A stretch of DNA of 64,000 nucleotides from Antedon mediterranea (GCF_964355755.1 NC_092679.1:18087432-18151431), one strand, 5' to 3'. Shown: positions 1 to 12,624, counted from the stretch's first letter. Notes: generated by a model not told the origin, from the sequence alone. Translations and numbers: made by a program.

Positions 1-1009
1 ACCCCTTTTTCTCTTTATTTCTTTTAGTTTTAAACTTTTTGTAGATAATAATTTTTATAATAATAATGACTATTAAAGCACACGTACCAATGATGTATAG
101 AAAGGCATCATCCAGTTTTTCACCTATTTTTTTGTTTTTATTATCAGTATTATCTTCTGGTTGAATCTTGTATTTTGAAAATCCATGTACATCATTAGAA
201 GATGTCACATGACATTGCAACACACTGTCAGTCATTTCATCAGTGATGTTCAAATTGAGTTGTGATGTGTTGCCCAGTAGATTGGTATTGTCTTTTGTCC
301 AGTTGTATTTGCATTCAGAACAATTATGTCCAGTTTTACATTGAAAAACAGATATCTCTCCAATTTGAAGATTATCATTGGCAACAATTGTCACGTTGAT
401 TACGACTTCAATGGCCTTAAAATCACAGATTTCATCTATCTTATGAACATGTAGTGTCATTTGACATGAAAATTCCCCCTTATCATCTTCTTCTGTAATC
501 AACCATGTGTTTTTGCGAGTAATATGAGTACTATTTCTGAAGTCTTCCCCGTCCTCTGAAAAGCCTATCCATCGTAGTGTAGGGTTTAGGTTCATGTGTT
601 CAACTTGACAGACAGCAGTCATATATTCACCAACAGTATAAGTGGGTATTTTTGAAAAACAAGACTGTTTTGGAAGAACAGTCAGGTAGGCGATGTCAGA
701 TTCCTGGATTAATTCTGTTTCAAAGTAAACTTTACATTTGTACTTGCCCGAGTGTGTTGGCTTCACTTTTGAAAATTCCAATTTAAACTGTATTTGTCGC
801 CCTTCTTGTTCTTTGAATACGCTGTCTTCATTTTTTATCCATTCAACCTTGTAATATTGTACTTTGCCATTAATAATACATTTTAATGTTTCTTCTTCAT
901 CTTCAAGAACTGTGACATTTGATATTGTAGTCGTTGATGTTTTTCCCAGTCTAATTGTAGTCATGATGATAATGGTAATTATAAGGAAAGACATCTTTTT
1001 AGCTACCAT
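1..1009 (-). CDS. IgR-1: single-exon 3-Ig type I membrane receptor, 3' end outside window
   Basis: Manually translated open frame from ATG 1009 to the window edge (absent from the ORF track because it has no stop): MVAKKMSFLIITIIIMTTIRLG leader, LKC..VEWIK..HSGKYKC D1, AVCQVEHMNLNPTLRW D2, FQCKTGHNCSECKYNW D3, TM YIIGTCALIVIIIIKIIIY, then KKFKTKRNKEKKG. Paralogous to 2643..4349 and 9781..10845. Confidence 0.85.
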   Translation of the reverse strand, partial: MVAKKMSFLIITIIIMTTIRLGKTSTTTISNVTVLEDEEETLKCIINGKVQYYKVEWIKNEDSVFKEQEGRQIQFKLEFSKVKPTHSGKYKCKVYFETELIQESDIAYLTVLPKQSCFSKIPTYTVGEYMTAVCQVEHMNLNPTLRWIGFSEDGEDFRNSTHITRKNTWLITEEDDKGEFSCQMTLHVHKIDEICDFKAIEVVINVTIVANDNLQIGEISVFQCKTGHNCSECKYNWTKDNTNLLGNTSQLNLNITDEMTDSVLQCHVTSSNDVHGFSKYKIQPEDNTDNKNKKIGEKLDDAFLYIIGTCALIVIIIIKIIIYKKFKTKRNKEKKG

Positions 1010-1399
1010 GAAAAAGGTGCACACAGCAGTGTGTCACATAACAGAATGGAAAGCAAAAAAGTAAAGTAGATACTGTAGATAGAGGGTGCTATTTACACTG
1101 GCTATAATAATGGACATTGTAATATATTCATATTAGCAATTTAACGACTGGATTAGAGACGAATAAAGGAGTTCTACAAGATGGCTGAACATCAGCACAT
1201 GGTCTAATTTTTTTCTTAGTAAAATACTTAGTGTTATCATTCATTCTAAGAGCACAATATATAACAGACATGTTGATACCTGTTGTTGATGAAATATGAA
1301 ACCAGATTTATTGAAACATTTATTTCCTTAATTACAAGACGTATATTTAAGTTCTAGGTACAAAAAGCAATATAAAAACGGTATTGACAAATGTTACAA

Positions 1400-1690
1400 C
1401 TTGCAAATGACTACTCATCAGCTTTGTGCATCCTCTAAACATCTATTGACAGTTCCATCTATTCAGCATAAAACCAATACACCAATACATGGTCAACATG
1501 CCTTTCAAGCCCCTCTTGTGTGGAACTCATTACCATTTTATGTTTGTAACCTACTTTTCTTTAAAGTCAATTTAAAATCACATCTTTTTCAGGTTTTTTA
1601 TTTAGAAGCTTGCGTTATTTTCAAGTGCCTTGCTAAGTTTTTGAATTTGATATATACATTTCTGTTATTATTATTATTATTATTCCAATA
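1400..1690 (+). mobile_element. Degenerate 3' end of an L2/CR1-group LINE
   Basis: HAF.APLVWNSLP...LKSHLF, typical of the L2 ORF2 C-terminus, followed by a (TTA)n tail. Confidence 0.6.
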
Positions 1691-2642
1691 AATTTGTTTT
1701 TGATCATTTTGTAATATGTCAGTTTCCATTTGCTACTATTGGGATGAGATTCCTCGCTTTCCACCCATACACAGAATTAATGGTTTCTAATTCAAGGCGC
1801 TGACTGACGACACATTGATTGACCTGACATAGTTTGGCCGTCCGTCGTTTTTTTTGTCACTTTTATTTATTACGTAATATGCAATACTACTGCATACACA
1901 GACTTAGTAAATTGTAAATTTTTCTGTTAAACCTGTACTGCAACTACTGTATATTCAATGGCGCAGATCTGTTTCGAAAGGTGAGGTTGTGGTACGATTA
2001 TGCACATGTTTTAGTAGGGGATTTCCTGGGCTTCATCAGCGAAAACGTCCGAAGAGAATCTGATGAAGTGTAGGCATAGCTCGATGTCAGACAGCAATTT
2101 GACTGTACATTGGTATGGTCGCCTGTGTGCCATTAAATTAGGTCTGTACCATTTATTAGTGTATATTTGGGAGAAAAATGCATTCTTAATTCATACATTA
2201 ATCAAAATAATGATACTGGTAATTAAATGTTTTTCAAGAGGATTAAAAATAGCTCCTTGTCAAGTAGATGGGGGTTTTCCCTTTATTACGCACCCAGTAT
2301 TCCAGTATCATGTGCAAAGTTACGTGCAAAGATACGATACAATGAGAAAATTTAGGAAAATTACACCTCTAGATGGCTGGAAATTGCACCCATCATAATC
2401 AACACTTCAGCAAATACATATTCCATAAAATATTGAGGGGACCATGACCCCTAAAAAATAACATTGAAACTAGAGAAATGACATACAAAACCAAATTTTT
2501 GATTTATGAACAATTTTATTATATACAAAACAAGTGTTTGTACACGAAAACTACAACGCAACAAAAGCATTTAACATAAATTAACATAGCATAAAAGTAG
2601 TACATCTAATCATCAATTTCATAATATATATGTAAAATTTGA

Positions 2643-4349
2643 CTAGTTAATATACATAGTGTCAGAGATTGCTTCAGCTATAGAATTCTTCTCTTTTACA
2701 TGTCCATAGGCATATGCATATTCAGGGTTATCTTCATATGAAGGTTGATTTTTTTCAGTAGTTTCTTGTGCATCATTTATTGGTAGAGAGGTTTGGTAGA
2801 CAGGGGATTCTTCCATCTGTAAGTGTATTGCAGTTTGGGCTAGTTGGTTAAAATGTGAATATTCATGATTTTTATTCAAAATAGCACCAGGATTCTCTCT
2901 GTTGTGATAATGACAACTGCAGTGACAAAGAATCCTTTCTCGGTGTGACAGAGTTTGTAATGAGATGCGTTTTGTACATGAAACATTTGGTACTAGATAT
3001 TCTGATGGCATTAGCTCCACCACTCCACTGCCTTCTGTTTTTTCAATGTCCAGCTTATTGGTATTTTGCCCCTTATCATTATCAGCAGCAGCAAAATCGT
3101 CATTGATTTGGTTGTAGACATTTTCCTCATCACAGGCTGCAGATGTCTTTGACAGTTTGAGATCTGATTGAGGAGTCTTTTGTATTTCATTATCAATTAA
3201 TGCTTGGTTTTCATATTCATCATCATCTGCATGTTGATTGCATTCCAGCTCTTGTGTTGTTACAATGTCTTGCTTAATGGGATTTTTCAGCTCAACATTA
3301 TCAGCACTTGGATCACATGAATCATTGGTTACATCTGTGGAGTTGTTTGATGATGTTCTAAATTTAAAACACAGAATTACAATAACTAGTAGAATCAGTA
3401 AGAGGATGCCTGCTACTGTAACTAATATGATTATTATTATGTAATTTTGTTCAGGTTTTTGTGGTTTGTCTTCAACTTTATCATCTCCTGGTCCAAGAAT
3501 CCTGTATTCTGCAAATCCATGTACATCATTATAAGATGTCACATGACACTTCAACACACTGTCAGTCATTTTATCAGTGATGTTCAAATAAAGTTGTGAT
3601 GTGTTGCTCAATAGATTAGTATTATCCATTGTCCAGTTGTATTTGCATTCAGAACAATTATGTCCAGTCTTACATTGAAAAACAGATATCTCTCCAATTT
3701 TAAGATCATCTTTGGGAACAATTGTCACTTTAATCTTGATGTGTATGTCATTTAAATAACAATTATTCCCATCATTACCCAAAATATTTAGTGTCATTTT
3801 ACAACGAAATATCATTTCATTATCTTTCTCCGTAATCAGCCATGTGTTTGTCCGAATCATATGAGTACTATTTCTGAAGTCCACCCCATCCTCTAAAAAG
3901 TCTTTCCATCGTAGTGTAGGGTTTAGGTTCATGTGTTCCACTTGGCAGACAGCAGTCATGTTATCACCAACATTATAAGTGGATGGATTTGAATAACAAG
4001 ACTGTTTTGGAAGAACAGTGAGATAAGCAATGTTGGATTCTTTGACAAAGCTTGGTCCAGCATAAACTTTACATTTGTACTCACCCGAGTCTGATGGATT
4101 CACATTTTGAAATTTCAAAATAAACTCATCTGTAACAATAAACTCTAGTCCTTGTTGTTCTTCAACTACACCTTCATCAGTTTTTATCCATTCAACCCAG
4201 TAATTGTCTTTTTTGTTAACGATGCAATTTAAGGTAGCAGATTTACCCTCAAGAAATGTTTTATTTTCTAATGTAACTGAGGCCTTTCCTAGGCTAATTG
4301 TAGTTAGGAAGAAAGGAATAAAGAAAAAGAAGGACATCCTGTCTAGCAT
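2643..4349 (-). CDS. IgR-2: intact single-exon 3-Ig type I receptor with long Tyr-rich tail
   Basis: Uninterrupted ORF (first ATG 4349; the track start 4352 is GTG). Hydrophobic leader; Ig signatures C..W..DSGEYKC, C..LRW..FRC, C..YNW..LKC; TM IIIIILVTVAGILLLILLVIVILCF; tail with DDEYENQ, VYNQI, SEYLVP, PVYQTSL, EYAYAYGHV, MYIN. Confidence 0.9.
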   Translation of the reverse strand: MLDRMSFFFFIPFFLTTISLGKASVTLENKTFLEGKSATLNCIVNKKDNYWVEWIKTDEGVVEEQQGLEFIVTDEFILKFQNVNPSDSGEYKCKVYAGPSFVKESNIAYLTVLPKQSCYSNPSTYNVGDNMTAVCQVEHMNLNPTLRWKDFLEDGVDFRNSTHMIRTNTWLITEKDNEMIFRCKMTLNILGNDGNNCYLNDIHIKIKVTIVPKDDLKIGEISVFQCKTGHNCSECKYNWTMDNTNLLSNTSQLYLNITDKMTDSVLKCHVTSYNDVHGFAEYRILGPGDDKVEDKPQKPEQNYIIIIILVTVAGILLLILLVIVILCFKFRTSSNNSTDVTNDSCDPSADNVELKNPIKQDIVTTQELECNQHADDDEYENQALIDNEIQKTPQSDLKLSKTSAACDEENVYNQINDDFAAADNDKGQNTNKLDIEKTEGSGVVELMPSEYLVPNVSCTKRISLQTLSHRERILCHCSCHYHNRENPGAILNKNHEYSHFNQLAQTAIHLQMEESPVYQTSLPINDAQETTEKNQPSYEDNPEYAYAYGHVKEKNSIAEAISDTMYIN

Positions 4350-4924
4350 CACTGTTTTTCATTTCTAAAGAAAAATTAAATTGACTAAGAGTCACTTACG
4401 CTTTCTATTCTATAGCGGGCAGTATATTATGAAAAAAGCTATTATAATGTTTATGTTTAAAATCTAAACGTGATAACTATAGAAACCAGATAATAGAAAT
4501 CTATTTGAAGTGTCAAAAATCAGGGCAGGCGGAAAAGTGTAATTCTACTTTACCCCGAAAATTGAATAAATTCAAATAAAGGCATGCTACCTTTCATAGT
4601 TTTCGGGTCATGAAAAATGTAAGGCAAGCGGGATTTATTCCTCCCACTCTACTTTACCCCTCTATAATTTTTTTCTCGATCTTACAGCATTTTTCCCCAA
4701 AAAATAATGGGAGGGAGGATCGAGTCTTTATCTTTAATGTTTTATATTTTATTTTAATTTTTTTTTATTTCACATCTAACAATTAGGTTTTGTGTAATAC
4801 TTGGGTAGTGATGATATTTTTTGAAGAATGTTTTTGATATTCAGAAAACCTGTCTAAGTCAATAGAATCAACTTTCAAACATGCACCAAGCAATATAATC
4901 AAACACACTAGTTTAGTGTAGTTT

Positions 4925-5170
4925 ATTCTGCAAATCCATGTACATCATTAGAAGATGTCACATGACATGTCAACACACTGTCAGTCATTTCATGATGTTC
5001 AAGTAGAGTTGTGATGTGTTTCCCAGTAAATTGTTATTGATCAGTTGTATATGCATTCAGAACAATTATGTCCAGTCTTGCATTGGAAAACAATTTGAAG
5101 GTTTTCATTGGCAACAATTGTCACTTTAATTTTAACTGCAATGGCCTCTAAATAACAAGTTTCGTCTTTC
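4925..5170 (-). pseudogene. Degenerate IgR D2-end/D3 fragment
   Basis: Clear similarity to 3505-3760 and 175-430 (tctgcaaatccatgtacatcattagaagatgtcacatgac..., tgcattcagaacaattatgtccagtc) with small deletions. Confidence 0.75.
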
Positions 5171-6393
5171 TCAATACCATTTACGCTCGTATTCTTAAGC
5201 CGGACTTTAGTCGTAGTTCGAAGTTCGACTTGAAAAAGTCGTAGTTCGAGTTATTACTTCAAATTCGATTCATAAACGAAGTAGTCAAAGTTTGCAGTTC
5301 GACTTAATGAAGTCGAGCTTTTAGTCGAGTTGCACACGTCTGGGTAATAAAGGCTATACATTGGCCAATGACAGGAGAGTATTTGAGGAGCAGACAAAAT
5401 TTTGCGCATTGATATCACTTTCCATTTTCTTACAAAACTGTTTACGCATCACGCAACATGAAAAATAATTTGAATTGTTAATTATTAGAACAAGATCAGT
5501 ATTAATTTAACAGTGAAGTACTTTTGATTAACAACAAACAAAGTCTTCAAAATATATTTAGGAACCATGGCGGTACGGTAATTTCATATTTTCTAGGCCT
5601 CCAACAAAGCAGTGGCGTATCCAGTGGGGGGGCCGGGGGATTTTGATTTGGTATCCGTCGGCAAACAAAGGTGCCGAGGAAAAAAATAAAGTTAGGCAAA
5701 TAAGAATAAACTATTATTCTGACAATAATTGAACTGTAAACATAATTCTTTTGAGTGTTTGTTTATTTACATATCATATCATTCACTTCAGATCAACTAT
5801 TTTTTATTTTCATTACATCTAACCAAACACGTAAAAAATGTGGTTAAAATATCTTATCATCTAGCACGTACGGCCGTACGCGGTAGATTGTTTACCCAAA
5901 AGTCTTTGAACGGTCCGGTGACCTTACCCTATTCAACCTTGTTTTTTCCGTTGAGCCTCTCATGACCTGGGATTTGTATGTCTTCCTACGCTAAGATTAT
6001 ATAGTTCCACATGCCATGTGCTTTTTTTTCTAAGATATATTTATTATAAGTGCCAAAAAACCCGTTTTTTTCTCGATATGTGGCCTTTATTATTCAAATT
6101 TTTTAAAGAAAAAGCACACATAGAATATAACAATTTTGATTGGTGGATGCGAATCACCCGCAGCGGAATGTTTTTTCTCTCGCGCGTATACCATGAAGTC
6201 ACATGGTCTCTTTGGTGAGTTAGAGCAATGAATTTGTCCGAATTCCATTAAGTAAACAACTTTATATATTTTATAAGCATTTAATAACATGTTTTATTGA
6301 TCTTTCCAATGTTGATATATAAAATAAATTACTAAAAAACGTAATTATATGTAATTATTTTAGCCAAAAATGGCGTAGTTAATAGAATTGTTT

Positions 6394-7000
6394 ATTTATT
6401 TATTTATTTATTTATTTCCTTTATTGCATCAAGTAAGCAGTGATGAAGTTGACATAAATATAATAGTAAATATGTAAACACATAGTATAACACAGTCCAA
6501 ACAAGTAATACTAAAATATATCATAGTCCACAAATCAGTCTTTCAATGGCCATCATAGTACATCCAGTAACACAAACCAATAGAGGTTCACAATTTGCTT
6601 ATCATAACTCAGTATACTGATCATTCACCAATCATTGAAAACTCCGTGGAAAGTAATGAAGTTTTTTGTGCGTTGTGTCCGGACTTTGGGGAGGGTGAAC
6701 GATCTAACGCGTCGGAGCTGATGGTTGTGTGTGGGAGGTTTAGGTAAGAGAGAGTGTAATATATGATCTTCTTTTTTCATTTATCAAAGAATTTTCTTGA
6801 CAACTTCTCGCGGCGTTCAGATAGAGTGATGATGTTAAGGTATCTGCGGGTATCAGCATACGAGGTACCATCGGGGCATATTATGTTACACGCTCTTCTT
6901 TGGACATGTTCGATTTGGTCAGATTGTGCTTTGGATAAACTCGGGGACCAAACAGCACAGGCATATTCAACTGTCAATTCAATTGTCGACTGAGGCTGCA
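6394..7000 (-). mobile_element. 5'-truncated CR1/L2-group LINE 3' end
   Basis: VEYACAVWSP...IEHVQRRACNII post-RT motif, (TAAA)n tail at about 6391-6417, and a candidate target duplication AATTGTTT at 6386 and 7001. Confidence 0.75.
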
Positions 7001-7110
7001 AATTGTTTTACTTCTTTCGTGGCTAAAAACGATCATTTTCGGCGATGTTTTAGACCCTATATTTCGAAAACTACAAGTCAGATTTTCGTAATTCTTTCTT
7101 TATTGTAATA

Positions 7111-7275
7111 TTAATACAACATACTAACTAAACTAAAAAAATTTAATGTAGCAGGTTTATGCTCAAGAACTGTCACATTTGATAATGTATCTGTAGTCTC
7201 CGAGGTTTTTCCAAGTCTAATTGTAGTTATGATGATAAGGGTAATTATAAGGAAAGGCATCTTTTTAGCTGCCAT
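7111..7275 (-). pseudogene. IgR-1-type leader/D1-start fragment
   Basis: MAAKKMPFLIITLIIITTIRLGKTS..LSNVTVLE..ATLN, then similarity ends; upstream flank resembles 1010-1100. Confidence 0.75.
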
Positions 7276-8073
7276 GAACCAACAGTGTGTCACATTACAG
7301 AATGGAAAGAATAAAGTAAAAATAGATTATAAATGATAGAGGGTGCTATTTACACAAGCTATAGTAATTTACATGATGATACTTTTTATTATAACTTTTA
7401 TTTTGATATGTACGCATTGCTGTAACAATTGAAACTATGTAAATGACTTATGATACCAGATTTATGTTTTTATAAACATTTTTATTGCAAAAAAAAGTAG
7501 TGGTATATATTTATTTCCTTAATTACAAGATGCTTAAACTTGTTAAAATTTCACTTACATGTTATGATATTAACTTCAAGGAACACAAAGAAATCTAAAA
7601 ACAATATGGGAATGTTACAGCCTAAATCACTACTCAATAAATACATTTTGTACGCTATACGGCACGCACTGATGACATATTATAATAAATTAGAACATGT
7701 CTTGCGCAGTGGAATTTTTCAGTGAGCTGCTAGCTCACGTTCGGCACACACTTGAGGAAAATGACTCATATGACAAAAAAATATTAAAATGATAGATATT
7801 TTCCTCACCGGCACGCACGCGTGGCTGATTCCTCACAAATTGTCCCATGCACACTGAGAAAAGAAGTGTTATTCATGCCAGTTAACTCAGCCGATAGCTA
7901 TAGTGCGCCGGGCTTCAGATCGTACAGTTTCACTTTAAAAACTTTATATTCTTGAAAAAGTTACCCAAATGTAAAAATCAATCTATATATTTAAAAAATT
8001 CTTAAAAGAGTACAGCTTAAACAAGTACAGCTAATAATTGTAATTGAATCATTTTATTACGTGTCAAATTTGA

Positions 8074-10845
8074 CTAGTTATTATACATTGTGTCAAAGTC
8101 AGAGATGGCTTCAGCTGCTATAGACTTCTTCTCTTTTACATGTCCATAGGCATATGCATATTCAGGGTTATCTTCAGATGAAGTGTTGAGTTTTTCCAGT
8201 AGTTTCTTGTGCATTTTGTTTTGGTAGACAGGGGATTCTTTCACCTGTAAGTGCATTACTATTTGGACTGGTTGGTTAAAATTTGCATATGCATATGAAT
8301 ATTCATGACCTGAATTCAAAATAGCACCAGGATTCTCTCTGTTGTGATAATGACAACTGTGCTGACAAAGACAATGTGAAAGAGTTTGTAAAGGAATTTG
8401 TTCTGTACATGAAACATTTGGTACTAGATATTCTGATGGCATTATCTCCACCACTTCATCTGTTTTGGTGAAATCATCTGGACTACATTGGGTCATGGAT
8501 TAAAGAATAGAAGGATATGCATCGACGTGAGATCAAGGGTTCCTTGACTCTCGCCGACAGACCGCGGACCGCCCACAATGTTACAGTTTAATTAACCGCA
8601 TGGTAACAACGAAACGGTCGCGTGCCTAATATATTGTTTACTGCACATGTGCAACGACATTTAACCTTGTTGGCTACTACGCTTCTTTCGCGCGTTCTTT
8701 GGTGGCATGATGTTTGTAGATGGTCAACTATTGACTATGTTGGTTTCTGCCGCGATTGATCTACGCTAATGATTTTTTTATGATGATTAAAGTAGCATTT
8801 TATGACCTGTAGTAGCCCTACATCTGAGACAATAACTATTAGTTGTCTCATTTGTTGTAAAATTACAAAATCAGCAAGAATGCTAGCCTAGCTAGGCCCA
8901 GGCCTTGTACTAACTAGGCTAAACTGGGCTAGTAAACCCTATGATTTGCCGACATTGATACTGCCTAGGTAGGCCTAGGCTAATCTTAAATACTCACCGT
9001 TGTCTTACTTCTTGTGTGAATAATAATAATAGGTAGGCCTACTTCGTTTGTTCGTGATCAAGTTTGCCCTGCGTGTACTTTTCAAAACGACCGCTAGGTA
9101 ACGAATCGCAACTATACATAGCCAGCCAATCCCGGATCAGGGATCGCTGTTTTCATTCAATTAGGCCCGGTGATTGGATGTGATGTGGATGACATAACCA
9201 CTAGCCAATCACCAGGCACTACAGTTTAAATATAATCACATCGATAATTAAGGAGATTTATGAAGAAACCACTGCTTAGCCATATATTAAAAAACACGAT
9301 TGTTGTATGTCTGAACACCGGCCACGCTAACAACATACATGGTCAAATGCATAATTTAATATTCTATAGATTAACGCAATTTTTAATGACAGAAGATGGC
9401 AGGCAAATAATGATAATTCAAATATAAAAATGGCATATTTTATTAATATTACCAACTACCTAAAATTACCAGTCGTAAGAAAGTGAACTTTTCGTAGTCC
9501 GATTGTGATGAAACTAAAACAGAATTATTCAGCAATATATGTTTGTTATCAATTAATCATCGACGCAGACATGTCAATAGAACATTCAGACTGCGCATAC
9601 GATTTCTACATGGTTACGTTTTGGTCTCAAAAAATGTAACAGTTGATTCGCAGCGTTTTACAGAGGGCCGCGGTTAGAGACACGGAGTTCAATGAACGTG
9701 TTTGTTTGATTGGCAGCAGTGCTTTAGTATAGGCAAGCGCGTTGTAAAATCGTTTGATGTCACCGTCGATGCATATCCTTCTATTCTTTAATCCATGATT
9801 GGGTTGACATGTCTTTATTTCTATATCCCTTTTTCTCTTTATTTCTTTTAGTTTTAGATTTTTTATAGATAATAATTGTTATAATGATAATGACTATTAA
9901 AGCACACGTACCAATGATGTATATATAGGCAACATCCACTTTAGCACCACCCTTTTCACCTATTTTTTTATTTTTATTATCAGTAGTATCATCTTCTGGT
10001 TGAATCTTGTATTCTGCAAATCCATGTACATCATTAGAAGATGTCACATGACACTTCAACACACTGTCAGTCATTTTATCAGTGATGTTCAAATAAAGTT
10101 GTGATGTGTTGCTCAATAGATTAGTATTATCCATTGTCCAGTTGTATTTGCATTCAGAACAATTATGTCCACTCTTACATTGAAAAACAGATATCTCTCC
10201 AATTTTAAGATCATCTTTGGGAACAATTGTCACTTTAATCTTGATGTTTATGTCATTTAAATAACAATTATTCCCATCATTATCCAAAATATTTAGTGTC
10301 ATTTTACAACGAAATATCATTTCATTATCTTTCTCCGTAATCAGCCATGTGTTTGTCCGAATCATATGAGTACTATTTCTGAAGTCCACCCCATCCTCTA
10401 AAAAGTCTTTCCATTGTAGTGAAGGGTTTAGGTTCATGTGTTCCACTTGGCAGACAGCAGTCATGTTATCACCAACATTATAAGTGGATGGATTTGAATA
10501 ACAAGACTGTTTTGGAAGAACAGTGAGATAAGCAATGTTGGATTCTTTGACAAAGCTTGGTCCAGCATATACTTTACATCTGTACTCACCCGAGTCTGAT
10601 GGATTCACATTTTGAAATTTCAAAATAAACTGTTCATCTGTAACAATAAACTCTAGTCCTTGTTGTTCTTCAACTACACCTTCATCAGTTTTTATCCATT
10701 CAACCCAGTAATTGTCTTTTTTGTTAACGATGCAATTTAAGGTAGCAGATTTACCCTCAAGAAATGTTTTATTTTCTAAAGTAACTGAGGCCTTTCCTAG
10801 GCTAATTGTAGTTAGGATGAAAGGGGTAAAGAAAAAGAAAGACAT
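8074..10845 (-). pseudogene. IgR-3: 3-Ig receptor split in the juxtamembrane tail by a 1.3-kb TIR transposon (ORF pieces 9781..10845 and 8074..8496)
   Basis: Removing 8494-9797 plus one TSD restores ...KDMSTQCSPDDFTKTDEVVE..., identical to the uninterrupted junction in IgR-4. Ectodomain nearly identical to IgR-2. Confidence 0.9.
8494..9797. mobile_element. Non-autonomous DNA transposon, P-element-like termini
   Basis: Perfect 34-bp TIR CATGGATTAAAGAATAGAAGGATATGCATCGACG, 7-bp TSD ATTGGGT (8487-8493 and 9798-9804), no long internal ORF. The superfamily call rests only on the CATGG terminus and TSD length. Confidence 0.9.
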
Positions 10846-11604
10846 CCTGTCTAGCACCAGCAGCAAACATCACTATTTTTCATTTCTGAATGAAAACTGG
10901 AAAGCGCCATAAATTGACTCTCGATTGAATCACTTATGCTTTCTATAGAGGGCAGTATATAAATATGAAAAAGCTATTATAATGTTTATGCAAGTCCGTA
11001 GCTTAACTCTAAACATTATAACTAGAGAAACCAGATAATAGAAATCTATTTGAAGATTTATATGGCAAACTAAAAATATCACTATCATACATACTAAATA
11101 TTACAACATTTACTTAATTTTTTGCAAGAATTTCAACATGTTTATATGTAAATTGTAAATGTTGTTTCATGAAGATACATTATACAGCAATAGCGCTATT
11201 TATTTACCTGACTATTAATAATCAGTGTAAAAAATCATGGCAGACGAAAGGGTGTAATTTTACTTTTTCCCGAAAATTAAATACATTGAAATAAAGGCAT
11301 GCTACCTTTCATAATTTTCGGGTCATGAAAAATGTAAGGCAAGAGGGATTTATTCCTCCCACTCTACAACCCCTCTATAATTTTTTTCTCGATCTTACAA
11401 CATTTTTCCCCAAAAAATAATGGGAGGGAGGATCGAGTCTTTATCTTTTATGTTTTATATGTAACATACAGTATACCTACCATTTCTAAGTAAAAAGGCC
11501 TATTCCATTCACAAGAAAACCAATGTATATAAAACATAAAAAAAGCAGACAAAGTCTGAAAATATTCAATATGTAAATCTAAATCAATGTAAATATATAT
11601 TATT

Positions 11605-11715
11605 TATCAACATGGCTGGTCCATTCGCGTGCGCAAATTTGAGTTAGTGTTTACCGACCAACCAATCAACCGACCAAATAGTGAGCTATAGAGTTGCGTT
11701 GCACGCGACTAAAAA
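11605..11715 (-). mobile_element. Short Helentron-associated (DINE/HINE-like) element
   Basis: Reverse strand begins TTTTTAGTCGCGTGCAACGCAACTCTATAG, followed by GGTC/GGTT micro-repeats; same family as 41772-41890. Confidence 0.5.
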
Positions 11716-11916
11716 TACAAATTATTACAGTTAAAAAATTATATTTTCTAGAATCTATTCTCATCTTCCTCTTATGTACAAGAATTGACAAAAAGTCATT
11801 TTATAGCATAGGACAATAAATAGAATGGATGTTATCATAAAAAGAAACATAATACATACATACAACCAGTACATGTAATATACTTGGTAAAATGCTTGCA
11901 AAGTAATACAATTAAA

Positions 11917-12190
11917 TAATAATAATAATAATAAATAACATTTATAAAGTGCAAGAGACAAAGGTTTCAAAGTGCTGTGTTTTCCAAGATCTGTGCAAGT
12001 AGTAGCGTGTGATTATGCTTCTCTGAAGAGATGAGTTTTGAGTTTAGTTTTAAATGTGATTACAGATTTTGATGAGCGTATTTCGAGGGGTAGAGTGTTC
12101 CAGAGTTTTGGGGCTGCGACAGCGAAAGCACGATCACCGTAAAACCGAGTTCTGGAACGGGGTCCAAAATAAATCCTATCTGTTAGTTGT
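11917..12190 (-). mobile_element. L2-clade LINE 3' end
   Basis: RTRFYGDRAFAVAAPKLWNTLPLEIRSSKSVITFKTKLKTHLF followed by a (TTA)n tail. Confidence 0.8.
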
Positions 12191-12349
12191 AACATAAAAA
12201 GCATCAGACAAATATTTATTCTATTTTACCATATCATACAGTGGTAAAATGATGAATATAATTATGCAAAAAATTAATTTAGATATTCCAAAGAATTTCT
12301 CTATATTATCATACAAGCGATAATCAGCTTTTATAAACAATATCCTTAT

Positions 12350-12417
12350 TTCCCCTGTCTAATTGTAGTTATGCTGATAAGGGTAATTATAAGGAGAGAC
12401 ATCTTTGTAGCTGCCAT
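12350..12417 (-). pseudogene. IgR leader fragment
   Basis: ATG GCA GCT ACA AAG ATG TCT CTC CTT ATA ATT ACC... matches the IgR-1 leader; the conserved upstream flank extends to about 12505. Confidence 0.65.
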
Positions 12418-12624
12418 GTACCAGTTGCACACAACCATGTGTCATATATACAGAATGCAAAGAATAGAGTAAAGTAGATTATAAATGATAGAGGGTGCTA
12501 TTTACATAATACCATTTTATTGTAACTTTTATTTTGATACATATGCACTGCGCACTGTTCATTCAACTGTAATAAGCATCTCTTTTGGTATATAATGGTA
12601 CACCTTAAAAGGTAGCATCATCAT

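Noticed and set aside
2025-2075. Possible hammerhead (cttcatcag...ctgatgaag)
   Set aside because: No helix II closed by GAAA at a suitable position on either strand.
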